From Sandaracinaceae bacterium (GTDB taxonomy: Bacteria > Myxococcota_A > Polyangia > Polyangiales > Sandaracinaceae): a DNA stretch of 20,496 nt. The stretch is from NCBI GenBank assembly GCA_044220955.1, contig JBGAQA010000081.1, positions 1 through 20,496 of the forward strand. Direction: 5' to 3'. The position numbers and the translations under genes were made by a program. Positions 7,681 through 15,934 of the stretch are shown here, one piece after another. Each line of letters opens with the position of its first letter. The first letter of the stretch is position 1. The notes under the pieces were generated by a model, which saw nothing but the letters and a program-made list of their open reading frames with translations, made no database searches and was not told the origin of the DNA.

Positions 7681-8874
7681 ATGCGGATCGGGATGCCCAC
7701 GACGAGCTACCCGTCGCGCCCCGGAGACGCCGCCGGCGCGTTCGTCCGCACGCTCGCGGCGGCGCTCGCGCGGCGAGGCCACGAGGTCGACGTGATCGCT
7801 CCGGCGGTCGGCACCGAGTGCCCGCTCGCCGACCGCGGGGTCCACGTCCACCGCTTCCGCTACGCGCCGCAGGCGCTCGAGCGCACGTTCGGCCGGGCAG
7901 GCGCGCCGGACAACCTCGCGCGAGATCCGCTGGCCTGGCTCGGTGCGGCCACGTTCCCCGTCGCGCTCGCGCGAGCGCTGGCAGCGCACGAGCGAGGCTG
8001 GGACGCGCTCGTGAGCCACTTCGTCGTCCCGGTGTCGATCGTGGCGGGACGCTTCGCACGGGGCCGGCCGCACGTCGCGGTCGCGCACGGGACCGACGTG
8101 CACGTCGCGGCGTCCGTGCCCGGGATGCGCGCGGCGCTGCTGGCCTCCGCCGATCGCGTCGTCTTCGTCTCGCGGGCCCTGGCCGGGCGCCTCGACGTCC
8201 GAGATCCGATCGTGCAGCCGATGGGCATCGATCGCGACGAGACGCGCGCGCTCGATCGCGCGGACGCGCGCCGCCGCATGGCGCTCGAGCGCTTCACCGT
8301 GCTCTCGCTCTCGCGTCTGGTCGCGGTGAAGGGGGTCGACCTCGCGATCCGGGCCGTCGTGGGCATCGACGCTGAGCTGATCGTGGCGGGGGAGGGCCCC
8401 GAGCGCGCGTCGCTCGAGGCGCTCGCTCGGGCGCTCGGCGCGCGCGTGCGCTTCCTCGGTCACGTCGAGGGCGAAGATCGCCGCGCGCTGCTCGCCGGCG
8501 CGGACGTGTTCGTCGCGCCGTCCCGTGCGCTCGGTGCGCGCACCGAGGGCACACCGACCAGCGTCCTCGAGGCGCTCGCGGCGGGGCTGCCGATCGTCGG
8601 GGCGCGTCTCTCGGGCATCGGCGAGAACGTGCCCGACGACGCGGGTCTGCTCGACCACCCGTGCACGCCCGAGACGCTCGCGCGATCCATCACTCGCCTA
8701 GAACGCGATCCTGCTCTCCGGTCGCACTTCTCGTCGGGGGCCCGACGCGCGAGCGATCCCTTCGACGCCGATCGTGTCGCCGCTCGCTTCGAGCGCTTGC
8801 TTCAGGGCTCGACGAGGATCGCGTCGGCGGGGAACGCAGGCGCGAGCGCCGACGCCGGCACGCGCGCCGGGTAG
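7681..8874 (+). CDS. Glycosyltransferase family 4 (GT-B)
   Basis: MRIGMPTTSYP..GAFVRTLAAALARRGHEVDVIAP, AHGTDV, SRLVAVKGVD, and the E-x7-E motif EGTPTSVLEALAAGLPIV. Confidence 0.92.
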   Translation: MRIGMPTTSYPSRPGDAAGAFVRTLAAALARRGHEVDVIAPAVGTECPLADRGVHVHRFRYAPQALERTFGRAGAPDNLARDPLAWLGAATFPVALARALAAHERGWDALVSHFVVPVSIVAGRFARGRPHVAVAHGTDVHVAASVPGMRAALLASADRVVFVSRALAGRLDVRDPIVQPMGIDRDETRALDRADARRRMALERFTVLSLSRLVAVKGVDLAIRAVVGIDAELIVAGEGPERASLEALARALGARVRFLGHVEGEDRRALLAGADVFVAPSRALGARTEGTPTSVLEALAAGLPIVGARLSGIGENVPDDAGLLDHPCTPETLARSITRLERDPALRSHFSSGARRASDPFDADRVAARFERLLQGSTRIASAGNAGASADAGTRAG

Positions 8875-9452
8875 GTCGTCTCCGTCAGCACCACGCGGTG
8901 CGTGGCGCCGCGCCAGTCCACGACCATCACGCGCCCGATCTGCCCGCTTCCGTCCAGCTCGAGCCAGACGCGATCGACCTGCGAGGTGGCGTCGGTCGGC
9001 CGCAGCTCGATCACGTCGCCGCCCTCCGCGGGGACGCGCCGCGCAGCGTATGCGTCTTCGATCGGGGTCGTCCCGGCCAGCACCGAGAGCAGCGAGGGCA
9101 GCGGCGTCGTGTCGAGCCGGAACGCGAGCAGGAGCGGCGGCTCGCCCTCGCGCGGGACGAGGACGCGCGCCGCGGTCTCGTCGATCGCCACGCGCTGCGC
9201 GCTCTCGCCGTCGAAGGTGATGCCGATCCGGGGCAGCTCGACGGCGAAGCGACCGGTGGCGCGCAGCTCCACGTCGCGCGCGCGGTCCAGGTAGAGGTGC
9301 TCGAAGCGCCCGCGGATCCGGGGATGGACGCGGAGATAGGTCAGCATCCGATCGAGCACGATCGTTGCTTGATCCCGCGGCGCTTCTTGAGCCCGCGTCG
9401 GCACGCCGGATGCGAGGGCCAGGAGTGTGACCAAAATCCCTACGACCCCCAT
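8802..9452 (-). CDS. lolA: LolA-like outer-membrane lipoprotein carrier protein (divergent)
   Basis: Signal peptide MGVVGILVTLLALASGVPTRA, then a LolA-like pattern: RGRFEH..ATGRFAVELPR..QRVAID..PLPSLLSVLAG..IELRP..VDRVWLELD..IGRVMVVDWRGATHRVVL..FPADAILV. The start is uncertain (9452, 9458 or 9500). Confidence 0.65.
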   Translation of the reverse strand: MGVVGILVTLLALASGVPTRAQEAPRDQATIVLDRMLTYLRVHPRIRGRFEHLYLDRARDVELRATGRFAVELPRIGITFDGESAQRVAIDETAARVLVPREGEPPLLLAFRLDTTPLPSLLSVLAGTTPIEDAYAARRVPAEGGDVIELRPTDATSQVDRVWLELDGSGQIGRVMVVDWRGATHRVVLTETTYPARVPASALAPAFPADAILVEP

Positions 9453-9494
9453 TTTCACGAGGCGTCCGGTGTTGATCCGCTCGGCCGAGGTGCG

Positions 9495-9568
9495 TACCAT
9501 CTTGGAGTCGAGTGCCTTCCTTGTAACGGAATCGTGCGAGTTTCGCGAAGCGTTCAGCAAGATGGAGG
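9495..9568 (+). promoter_or_regulatory. Putative -10 (TACCAT 9495-9500) and SD (GGAGG 9564-9568) for the DUF465 gene
   Basis: Locally AT-richer intergenic region; GGAGG lies 4 nt before ATG 9573. Confidence 0.4.
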
Positions 9569-9572
9569 TCCC

Positions 9573-9752
9573 ATGGCGAATGCTGATAAGGAGCTGGATC
9601 GTCTGCAGCGTCGGCACCACAAGCTCAAGGAGCGGGTCGCCGAGTACGAGGCGCGCGTGTTCCTCACCGCGACCGAACAGACGGAAGTGAACAAGCTGAA
9701 GAAGGAGAAGCTCGCGACCAAGGATGCGATCGCGACGCTACGCAGCGGCTGA
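9573..9752 (+). CDS. Small coiled-coil protein, DUF465/YdcH family (59 aa)
   Basis: MANADKELDRLQRRHHKLKERVAEYEARVFLTATEQTEVNKLKKEKLATKDAIATLRSG contains the H-x-x-L...LKKEKL-x-x-KD-x-I motif and has a GGAGG SD. Confidence 0.85.
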   Translation: MANADKELDRLQRRHHKLKERVAEYEARVFLTATEQTEVNKLKKEKLATKDAIATLRSG

Positions 9753-9790
9753 GCGTACGACTGCGGTTCTCGACCATCGTCATCCAGAAC

Positions 9791-9829
9791 GGGCGCTTCG
9801 GAGGGACTCTCCGAAGCGCTCTTCGTTTT
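9791..9829 (+). terminator. Rho-independent terminator after the DUF465 gene
   Basis: Perfect 11-bp stem GCGCTTCGGAG (9793-9803) / CTCCGAAGCGC (9809-9819) with a 5-nt loop, followed by TCTTCGTTTT. Confidence 0.8.
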
Positions 9830-9869
9830 CGCGCCTCGACGCAGTGCGCAATGCGCGTGCCGAGCCCCG

Positions 9870-9897
9870 TGTTAGCCTCGCCGCCCGTTTCGGAGAG
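9870..9897 (+). promoter_or_regulatory. Putative extended -10 (TG-T-TAGCCT) and SD (GGAGAG) of the pdh operon
   Basis: TGTTAGCCT at 9870-9878 and GGAG at 9892-9895, ahead of GTG 9905. Confidence 0.45.
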
Positions 9898-9904
9898 AAC
9901 GATC

Positions 9905-10867
9905 GTGAAGGACGAGCTCCTGCCGCTGTTCCGCAAGATGCACCTGATCCGCCGGCTCGAAGAGGAGGCCGCGCGCGCGTACGTGCAGGGCAAGATCGGC
10001 GGCTTCCTCCACCTCTACATCGGGCAGGAGGCCATCGCGGTCGGGACCGAGGCGGCGATCCGGAAGAGCGACTTCGTCGTGACGACCTACCGGGACCACG
10101 GCTTCGCGCTCGTCCGCGGCAGCGAGCCGCGTGCCGTGATGGCCGAGCTCTTCGGGAAGGACACCGGCTGCTCGCGCGGCCTCGGCGGCTCGATGCACAT
10201 GTTCGACGCGAAGAACAACTTCATGGGCGGTCACGGCATCGTCGGCGGGCACGTCGCGCTCTGCACGGGGGCCGCGTTCCGCAGCAAGTACCTGAAGACG
10301 GACGACGTCGCGCTCGCGTTCTTCGGCGAAGGCGCCACGAACATCGGCGGCTTCCACGAGGGGATGTCGCTCGCCGGCCTCTGGAAGCTGCCGGCCGTCT
10401 TCATCTGCGAGAACAACCTCTACTCGATGGGCACGCCCACCGAGCGCACGATGCCGGCCAAGGATCTGACGGACAAGGCGCCCGGCTACGGCATGGCGCG
10501 CGACCGCTTCGAGGGGCAGGACGTGCTCGAGGTGAAGCGGCGCATCGGTGCCGCCGTCGAGCGCGCGCGCAGCGGCGGGGGGCCGACGCTGATCGAGATC
10601 ATCACGTACCGCTTCCGCGGCCACTCGATGAGCGACCCCGGCAAGTACCGCACGGCCGAGGAGGTCGAGGAGCGCAAGCGCATGAGCGATCCCGTGCGGA
10701 TCGCGCGGGACACGCTCGGCCTCGCTGGCGTGACCGAAGGGGAGCTCGCCGCGATCGAGGCCGACGTGGAGAAAGAGGTCCAGGCGGCGATCGAGTTCGC
10801 CGACCAGAGCCCGCCCGCGACCGCGGACTCGATGAACCGCTTCGTCTACGCCGGCGAGGGGGCGTGA
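9905..10867 (+). CDS. pdhA: Pyruvate dehydrogenase E1 alpha subunit
   Basis: GKIGGFLHLYIGQEA, TYRDHG, GGSMHMF, TPP motif GEGA..ENN and TYRFRGHSMSDPGKYR. GTG 9905 is preferred over ATG 9851 because of the SD and promoter positions. Confidence 0.95.
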   Translation: MKDELLPLFRKMHLIRRLEEEAARAYVQGKIGGFLHLYIGQEAIAVGTEAAIRKSDFVVTTYRDHGFALVRGSEPRAVMAELFGKDTGCSRGLGGSMHMFDAKNNFMGGHGIVGGHVALCTGAAFRSKYLKTDDVALAFFGEGATNIGGFHEGMSLAGLWKLPAVFICENNLYSMGTPTERTMPAKDLTDKAPGYGMARDRFEGQDVLEVKRRIGAAVERARSGGGPTLIEIITYRFRGHSMSDPGKYRTAEEVEERKRMSDPVRIARDTLGLAGVTEGELAAIEADVEKEVQAAIEFADQSPPATADSMNRFVYAGEGA

Positions 10868-11850
10868 TGCGCGAGGTCACCTACCGCGACGCGCTCAAGG
10901 AGGCGATGGCCGAGGAGATGCGCCGCGATCCGCGCGTCTTCGTGATGGGCGAGGAGGTCGGCTACTACCAGGGCGCATACAAGGTCACGCGTGGCCTCCT
11001 CGAGGAGTTCGGCCCCGAGCGCGTCGTGGACACGCCCATCGCGGAGGCGGGTTTCGCGGGCGTCGGCGTCGGCGCGGCGATGACGGGCCTCAGGCCGATC
11101 ATCGAGTTCATGACGTGGAACTTCTCGCTCGTCGCGTTCGATCAGATCGTGAACAACGCGGCGAAGATGTTCCAGATGAGCGCAGGCCAGTACCGTGTGC
11201 CCATCGTGTTCCGCGGGCCGAACGCGTCGGCCCGCCAGGTCGGAGCGCAGCACAGCCACTGCGTCGCGCCCTTCTACACGAACGTGCCGGGGCTGCACGT
11301 CGCCTATCCCTCGACACCGCGCGACGCGAAGGGCCTGCTGAAGACGGCGATCCGCGACGACAACCCGGTGATCTTCCTCGAGGGCGAGACGCTCTACGGC
11401 GTGAAGGGCGAGGTGCCCGACGAGGGCGAGGACGAGACGATCCCCTTCGGCAAGGCGCGCATCGCGCGCGAGGGGACGAGCGTGACCGTGGTGACGTGGG
11501 GCCGCCCCTTCCACGTCGTGATGGAGGTCGCCAAGAAGCTCGCGGGCGAGGGCATCGAGTGCGAGGTGATCGATCCGCGCACGCTGCGCCCGCTCGACCA
11601 CGCCACGATCGTGCAGAGCGTGAAGAAGACCAACCGCTGCGTCGTGGTGCACGAGCACTGGGAGTACGGCGGGCCTGGTGCCGAGGTGGTGGACCGCGTG
11701 CAGCGCGACGCGTTCGACTCGCTCGACGCTCCGGTGCTGCGCGCGACGAACCTCGACGTGCCGATGCCCTACGCGGCCCACCTCGAGCAGGAAGTCATCG
11801 TGGGACCGGCGCGGATCGAGGACGCGATCCGACGTGTCCTCTACGTGTAG
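10867..11850 (+). CDS. pdhB: Pyruvate dehydrogenase E1 beta subunit
   Basis: TGATG coupling with pdhA; MREVTYRDAL..MGEEVGYYQGAYKVT..DTPIAEAGFAG..EFMTWNFS..IVFRGPN..AQHS..IDPRTLRPLD. Confidence 0.96.
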   Translation: MREVTYRDALKEAMAEEMRRDPRVFVMGEEVGYYQGAYKVTRGLLEEFGPERVVDTPIAEAGFAGVGVGAAMTGLRPIIEFMTWNFSLVAFDQIVNNAAKMFQMSAGQYRVPIVFRGPNASARQVGAQHSHCVAPFYTNVPGLHVAYPSTPRDAKGLLKTAIRDDNPVIFLEGETLYGVKGEVPDEGEDETIPFGKARIAREGTSVTVVTWGRPFHVVMEVAKKLAGEGIECEVIDPRTLRPLDHATIVQSVKKTNRCVVVHEHWEYGGPGAEVVDRVQRDAFDSLDAPVLRATNLDVPMPYAAHLEQEVIVGPARIEDAIRRVLYV

Positions 11851-11865
11851 AAGGGGCACTCGAAC

Positions 11866-13104
11866 ATGGCGAAGATCGTCGGCCTGCCGAAGCTGTCTCC
11901 CACGATGGAGGAGGGGACGCTCGCGCGCTGGGCGAAGAAGGAAGGGGACGAGATCGGCATCGACGATCTCGTGGCGGAGATCGAGACGGACAAGGCCACG
12001 ATGGAGTGGCGCAGCTTCGACAAGGTCGTGCTGCTCAAGATCCTCGTCGCCGAAGGGACGACGCTGAAGCCCGATCAGCCCGTGGCCATCGTCGGTCAGC
12101 GAGGCGAGGACATCGCGGCGCTGATCGCGCAGGCCGGCGCAGGAGCGCCCGGTGCGCCTGTCGCCGCCGGTCCGCCTCCGGCTGCGGCGCCGCCTCCCGT
12201 CGCCGTCGCCGCTGCTGCGGGGACCCCGACCTCTCCTGGTCGCATCGCCGCCTCTCCGGTCGTCCGCAAGATCGCCCGCGAGCGCGCGATCGACCTCGGC
12301 ACCGTCCAGGGCTCGGGTCCGCACGGTCGCATCGTCAAGCGCGACGTCGACGGCCTCGCGTCCGGCGCCCCGTCGGCGAGCGCGCCCGCGCCCGCCCGCG
12401 CGCCCGGCGTCCGCCTCCCTCCGACGAGCGTCAAGCTCAGCCAGATGCGCAAGACCATCGCGCGCAGGCTCACCGAGTCCAAGCAGACGGTCCCGCACTT
12501 CTACCTCACCATCGACGTGGACGCGGGCCCCCTCATGGAGGCCCGCCGGCTCATCAACGCCGACCTCGAGGCGCAGACGGAGAAGGTCTCCGTCAACGAT
12601 CTGCTCATCAAGGCGTGTGCCGTCGCGCTGCGGAGGGTGCCGGCGGCGAACGCCTCGTTCACGCCCGACGCGATCCTGCTGCACCAGGTCGTCGACATCT
12701 CGGTCGCCGTCGCCGTGCCCGACGGTCTGGTCACGCCCGTCGTTCGCGACGCCGATCAGCTCGGCGTGCTCGCGATCTCGCGTGCGGTGCGGGACCTCGC
12801 CTCGCGCGCGAAGGAGAAGAAGCTCAAGCCGGAGGAGATGAGCGGCGGCACGTTCTCGATCTCGAACCTCGGGATGTACGGCATCGAGCAGTTCTCCGCG
12901 GTCATCAACCCTCCCGAGGGCGCGATCCTCGCGGTCGGGGCCGTGCGCCAGGAGCCGGTGGTGCGAGGTGGCACGGTCGTCCCGGGCGAGCGCCTGCGGA
13001 TGACGCTTTCGTGCGACCATCGAGTGGTCGATGGCGCGCTCGGCGCCCAGCTCTTGGCGGTCCTGAAGCGCCTCGTCGAGGCGCCGGTCACCTTGCTCGT
13101 CTGA
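11866..13104 (+). CDS. pdhC: Dihydrolipoamide acetyltransferase (PDH E2)
   Basis: Single lipoyl domain (PKLSPTMEEG..IETDKATME), a peripheral-subunit-binding domain (ASPVVRKIARE..GSGPHGRIVKRDV) and catalytic TLSCDHRVVDG. Confidence 0.96.
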   Translation: MAKIVGLPKLSPTMEEGTLARWAKKEGDEIGIDDLVAEIETDKATMEWRSFDKVVLLKILVAEGTTLKPDQPVAIVGQRGEDIAALIAQAGAGAPGAPVAAGPPPAAAPPPVAVAAAAGTPTSPGRIAASPVVRKIARERAIDLGTVQGSGPHGRIVKRDVDGLASGAPSASAPAPARAPGVRLPPTSVKLSQMRKTIARRLTESKQTVPHFYLTIDVDAGPLMEARRLINADLEAQTEKVSVNDLLIKACAVALRRVPAANASFTPDAILLHQVVDISVAVAVPDGLVTPVVRDADQLGVLAISRAVRDLASRAKEKKLKPEEMSGGTFSISNLGMYGIEQFSAVINPPEGAILAVGAVRQEPVVRGGTVVPGERLRMTLSCDHRVVDGALGAQLLAVLKRLVEAPVTLLV

Positions 13105-13134
13105 AGGGCGCGGTCACGCCGCGCGGGGGCTCCC

Positions 13135-14622
13135 ATGAGACTCGAACGCTCCGTTCTCTTCGCCGGCGCCGTCGCGTGCGCGGCCTGCTCCACCCCCGCG
13201 CCGCCCGCCGGCGACGCCGGCACGCCGATCGACGCTGGCGCCCTGGACGTGGCGGTCACCGACGCTCACGTCTACGTCCGACCCGACGGGGGACCCACGG
13301 GGGCCGCGATCATGCCGTCGATCGCGTGCGACGCGATCGCGGCCTCGCTCTACGACACGCCGGCCGGGCTCTCGCCGTTCACCGTCGACGTGCGTGGCGC
13401 GCTCCTCGGCTGCGCTCAGCTCGAGACCGTCTCGGCGGCCGAGCTCACGACGCGCCTCGCGGGCGTCCCGGACCTCGGGCCGATCCCCGGCGGCGTCCGC
13501 GTGTACCTCGTCGCCTACCGCACCGAGCGCGAGCCCCGCGGCGTCGGCGGAATCTCCACCGCGCTGGTCGTGCTGCCGGACGTGGCGCTCTCCGACCACG
13601 TCCCGATGGTGCTCGCCGCGCACGGCAGCATCGGCCTCGACGATCACTGCGCGCCGTCGCGCTACCGGAGCGACCCGGCGTCGACGTTTCCTCCCGACTA
13701 CGGGGACGCGATGCTCTTCGCCTGGGCGGCGCGCGGCCTGCCCGTCGTGATGCCCGACTACGCAGGCCTCGGGACCGAGGGCGTGCACGGCTACGGGAAC
13801 TGGGCCGACCCGGCGCGCTCCGCGATCGACGGCCTCCGCGCGCTGCGCGCGATGCTGCCGGCCGACAGGCTGACGGGGTCCTCGCTCGTGTACGGGCACA
13901 GCCAGGGCGGCGGCATCGCCCTCTCGGTCGCGGCCTACGCCTCGGAGGCCCCGGACGTGACGATCGGTGCGGTCGTCGCGATGGCCCCCGGCTACAAGGT
14001 CGCGTCGCTCGTGGACGCGTTCGATCTCACCACGGTCGCGCTCACGCCCGTCCTGACGCTCGTCGCGTCGTACACGCTCTACGCCGACCTCGCGAACGTG
14101 GGGGCCGACGCGACCCACGTCGGTGACGCGTTCGCGCCTGCCGTGCGCGACCGGCTCGTCGAGATCGCGGGGACGCAGTGCTTCGACGCCGCGCTCACGG
14201 CGGTCGCGACCCCGACCTCGACCTACACGCCGCCCGCGACGGTGGGCGACCTCGCGGATCCTGCGTTCCGGGACGGCGTCCACGCGTGCGCCGCCGGCAC
14301 GTGCACCGGCCTTCCTGGCGCGGTGGTGATGCGCGAGGACGCGAACGACCCGCACCTGCCGGGCGCGGCGTCGCCGCCGGTCCTGGTGGTCGCGTCGAGC
14401 ACCGACGATCAGGCGACGATCGGCGCGGTCGGGTGCGTGATGCAGGCGCTCCGCGCCGACCATGCGCCCGCCGACTACTGTGAGACCACCGCGATCGATC
14501 ACCTGGGCGTCGTCTCGCACTTCGACGCGTACGGTCTCGCGTGGGCGCTCGCGGCGGTGAGCGGTACGGAGCGGCCACCCTGTCCCGAGGCCACGACGAT
14601 CCCCCGCTGCTCTCTCTTTTGA
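13135..14622 (+). CDS. Secretory-lipase-family alpha/beta hydrolase lipoprotein
   Basis: Lipobox-like ACAA-C, then VAYRT, AAHGSIGLDDHCAPS, VVMPDYAGLGT, nucleophile elbow GHSQGG, and a candidate Asp (TDD) and His (IDHL). Confidence 0.85.
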   Translation: MRLERSVLFAGAVACAACSTPAPPAGDAGTPIDAGALDVAVTDAHVYVRPDGGPTGAAIMPSIACDAIAASLYDTPAGLSPFTVDVRGALLGCAQLETVSAAELTTRLAGVPDLGPIPGGVRVYLVAYRTEREPRGVGGISTALVVLPDVALSDHVPMVLAAHGSIGLDDHCAPSRYRSDPASTFPPDYGDAMLFAWAARGLPVVMPDYAGLGTEGVHGYGNWADPARSAIDGLRALRAMLPADRLTGSSLVYGHSQGGGIALSVAAYASEAPDVTIGAVVAMAPGYKVASLVDAFDLTTVALTPVLTLVASYTLYADLANVGADATHVGDAFAPAVRDRLVEIAGTQCFDAALTAVATPTSTYTPPATVGDLADPAFRDGVHACAAGTCTGLPGAVVMREDANDPHLPGAASPPVLVVASSTDDQATIGAVGCVMQALRADHAPADYCETTAIDHLGVVSHFDAYGLAWALAAVSGTERPPCPEATTIPRCSLF

Positions 14623-14682
14623 CGACGCGCCGAAGCAATTGAGACCGCGTCCGCGCGGCGCGAGTACCATCGAGCGCGCCGC

Positions 14683-15912
14683 ATGAGGGTCGCTCTCCTG
14701 GTCGCCGCGCTCGCGCTCGCTCCGTGCGCCCGCGCGCTCGCGCAGGAGGAGCCAGGGGTCCACCTGGTCTGGCACGCGGAGGGCGGCGCCTCGGAGCTCT
14801 GGGCGCGTCGCGTCGCGCGGCGGCTCGAGGACGAGGGGCTCGAGGTACGCACCGACGACGGCTGGGCGCTGGCGCGTGGCGCGGATCGCTCCGAGGCGTA
14901 CGCCGCGCTCGTTCGCGTGGAGCAGGCGCTCGCCTCTGCGCGCGCGTCGATGCGGGAGTTCGACGAGCACGCCGCGCTCACGACGCTCGCAGGCGCACGG
15001 ATCGACGTCCTGCGCGCCCTCGCGCTTCCGGGCACGGTCGCGTGGGCCGCCGAGGTCGAGCTCGCGATCGGGCGCATCGCCGCACAGGCGGGACGGACGG
15101 AGCTCGCTCGCGCATCGTTCGCGCGGGCCTTCGGGGTCGCGCCTGGACGCGCGCTCGGCGCCGCCGAGGCGGCACCCGACGTGGTCGCTCTCGCGGGCGA
15201 GGTCATGCGCGGCGTCCTCGCCCAGCCCGCGGGCCGCTTCGACGTGAGCGCGGTCTGGGACGAGGCCGCGCTGGTCTACCTCGACGACCAGCCCATCGGC
15301 CGTGCCCCGCGCCGCGTCGAGACGCGGGCCGGCGCGCACGTGCTCCGCGTCGAGGCCGACGGCGCCGAGCCCTACGTCGCGTGGATCGACGTGCTGCCGG
15401 GCACGCGCCCGCCGCTCGCGATCACGCTCTCGCCGACCGTCGCGGTGGCGGCGCTGCGCTCGATCCACGCCGGCGTGCTCGACGGCGCGCTCGAGGCGCT
15501 CCCGGCGAGGCTCGTCGCCCTCGACGCCGCGCTCGGTGAGCCAGTGGTCCTCTGGATCGTCGAGGGCGGCAGCGGTCCCTTCGAGCGGGCGCTCGTCACC
15601 GCGTGCGATCGCGATCGCTGCCACGCGCCGTTCCGCCTCGAGACGGGCACGCGCGAGTCGCCGAGCGCTGCGCTCGAGGCCTCGGCCGTCGATGCCCGCC
15701 TCCGCGCCGCCGCGCTCGCATGGCGCGACGAGCCGCTTCCGGTCGATCCCGTGGTGCCGCCGCCGATCGATCCCTGGAGCGAGGGTTGGCCCTGGGCGCT
15801 GATCGGGACCGGCGGCGCGCTCGTGCTCGGCGCGATCCTCACGGGCGTCGTCGTCGCGGCGCAGCCACCACCGGACCACCGCCTGGTCGTGGACCCCATG
15901 TTCACGCCCTGA
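14683..15912 (+). CDS. Exported PEGA-domain protein with a C-terminal TM segment
   Basis: Signal peptide (ALA-Q), PEGA-like ALVYLDDQPIGRAP..GAHVLRVEADG, and TM WPWALIGTGGALVLGAILTGVVV. TACCAT lies 12 nt upstream. Confidence 0.75.
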   Translation: MRVALLVAALALAPCARALAQEEPGVHLVWHAEGGASELWARRVARRLEDEGLEVRTDDGWALARGADRSEAYAALVRVEQALASARASMREFDEHAALTTLAGARIDVLRALALPGTVAWAAEVELAIGRIAAQAGRTELARASFARAFGVAPGRALGAAEAAPDVVALAGEVMRGVLAQPAGRFDVSAVWDEAALVYLDDQPIGRAPRRVETRAGAHVLRVEADGAEPYVAWIDVLPGTRPPLAITLSPTVAVAALRSIHAGVLDGALEALPARLVALDAALGEPVVLWIVEGGSGPFERALVTACDRDRCHAPFRLETGTRESPSAALEASAVDARLRAAALAWRDEPLPVDPVVPPPIDPWSEGWPWALIGTGGALVLGAILTGVVVAAQPPPDHRLVVDPMFTP

Positions 15913-15921
15913 GCCGCGGCG

Positions 15922-15927
15922 CAGAAT
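15922..15927 (+). promoter_or_regulatory. Putative -10 hexamer CAGAAT, 7 nt upstream of ATG 15935
   Basis: CAGAAT-cccgggg-ATG. Confidence 0.35.
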
Positions 15928-15934
15928 CCCGGGG

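Noticed and set aside
5250..8874. Apparent N-terminal extensions or fusions in track ORFs 5250..6938, 6638..7675 and 6532..8874 (also 9724..11850)
   Set aside because: The real starts are internal (6195, 6935, 7681, 10867), right at or just after the upstream stops. The extensions are shadow sequence, not frameshifts or fusions.
14639..14670. Full sigma70 promoter TTGAGA...TACCAT before the PEGA gene
   Set aside because: The spacer is 20 nt, too long for a canonical -35/-10 pair. Only the -10-like box is plausible.
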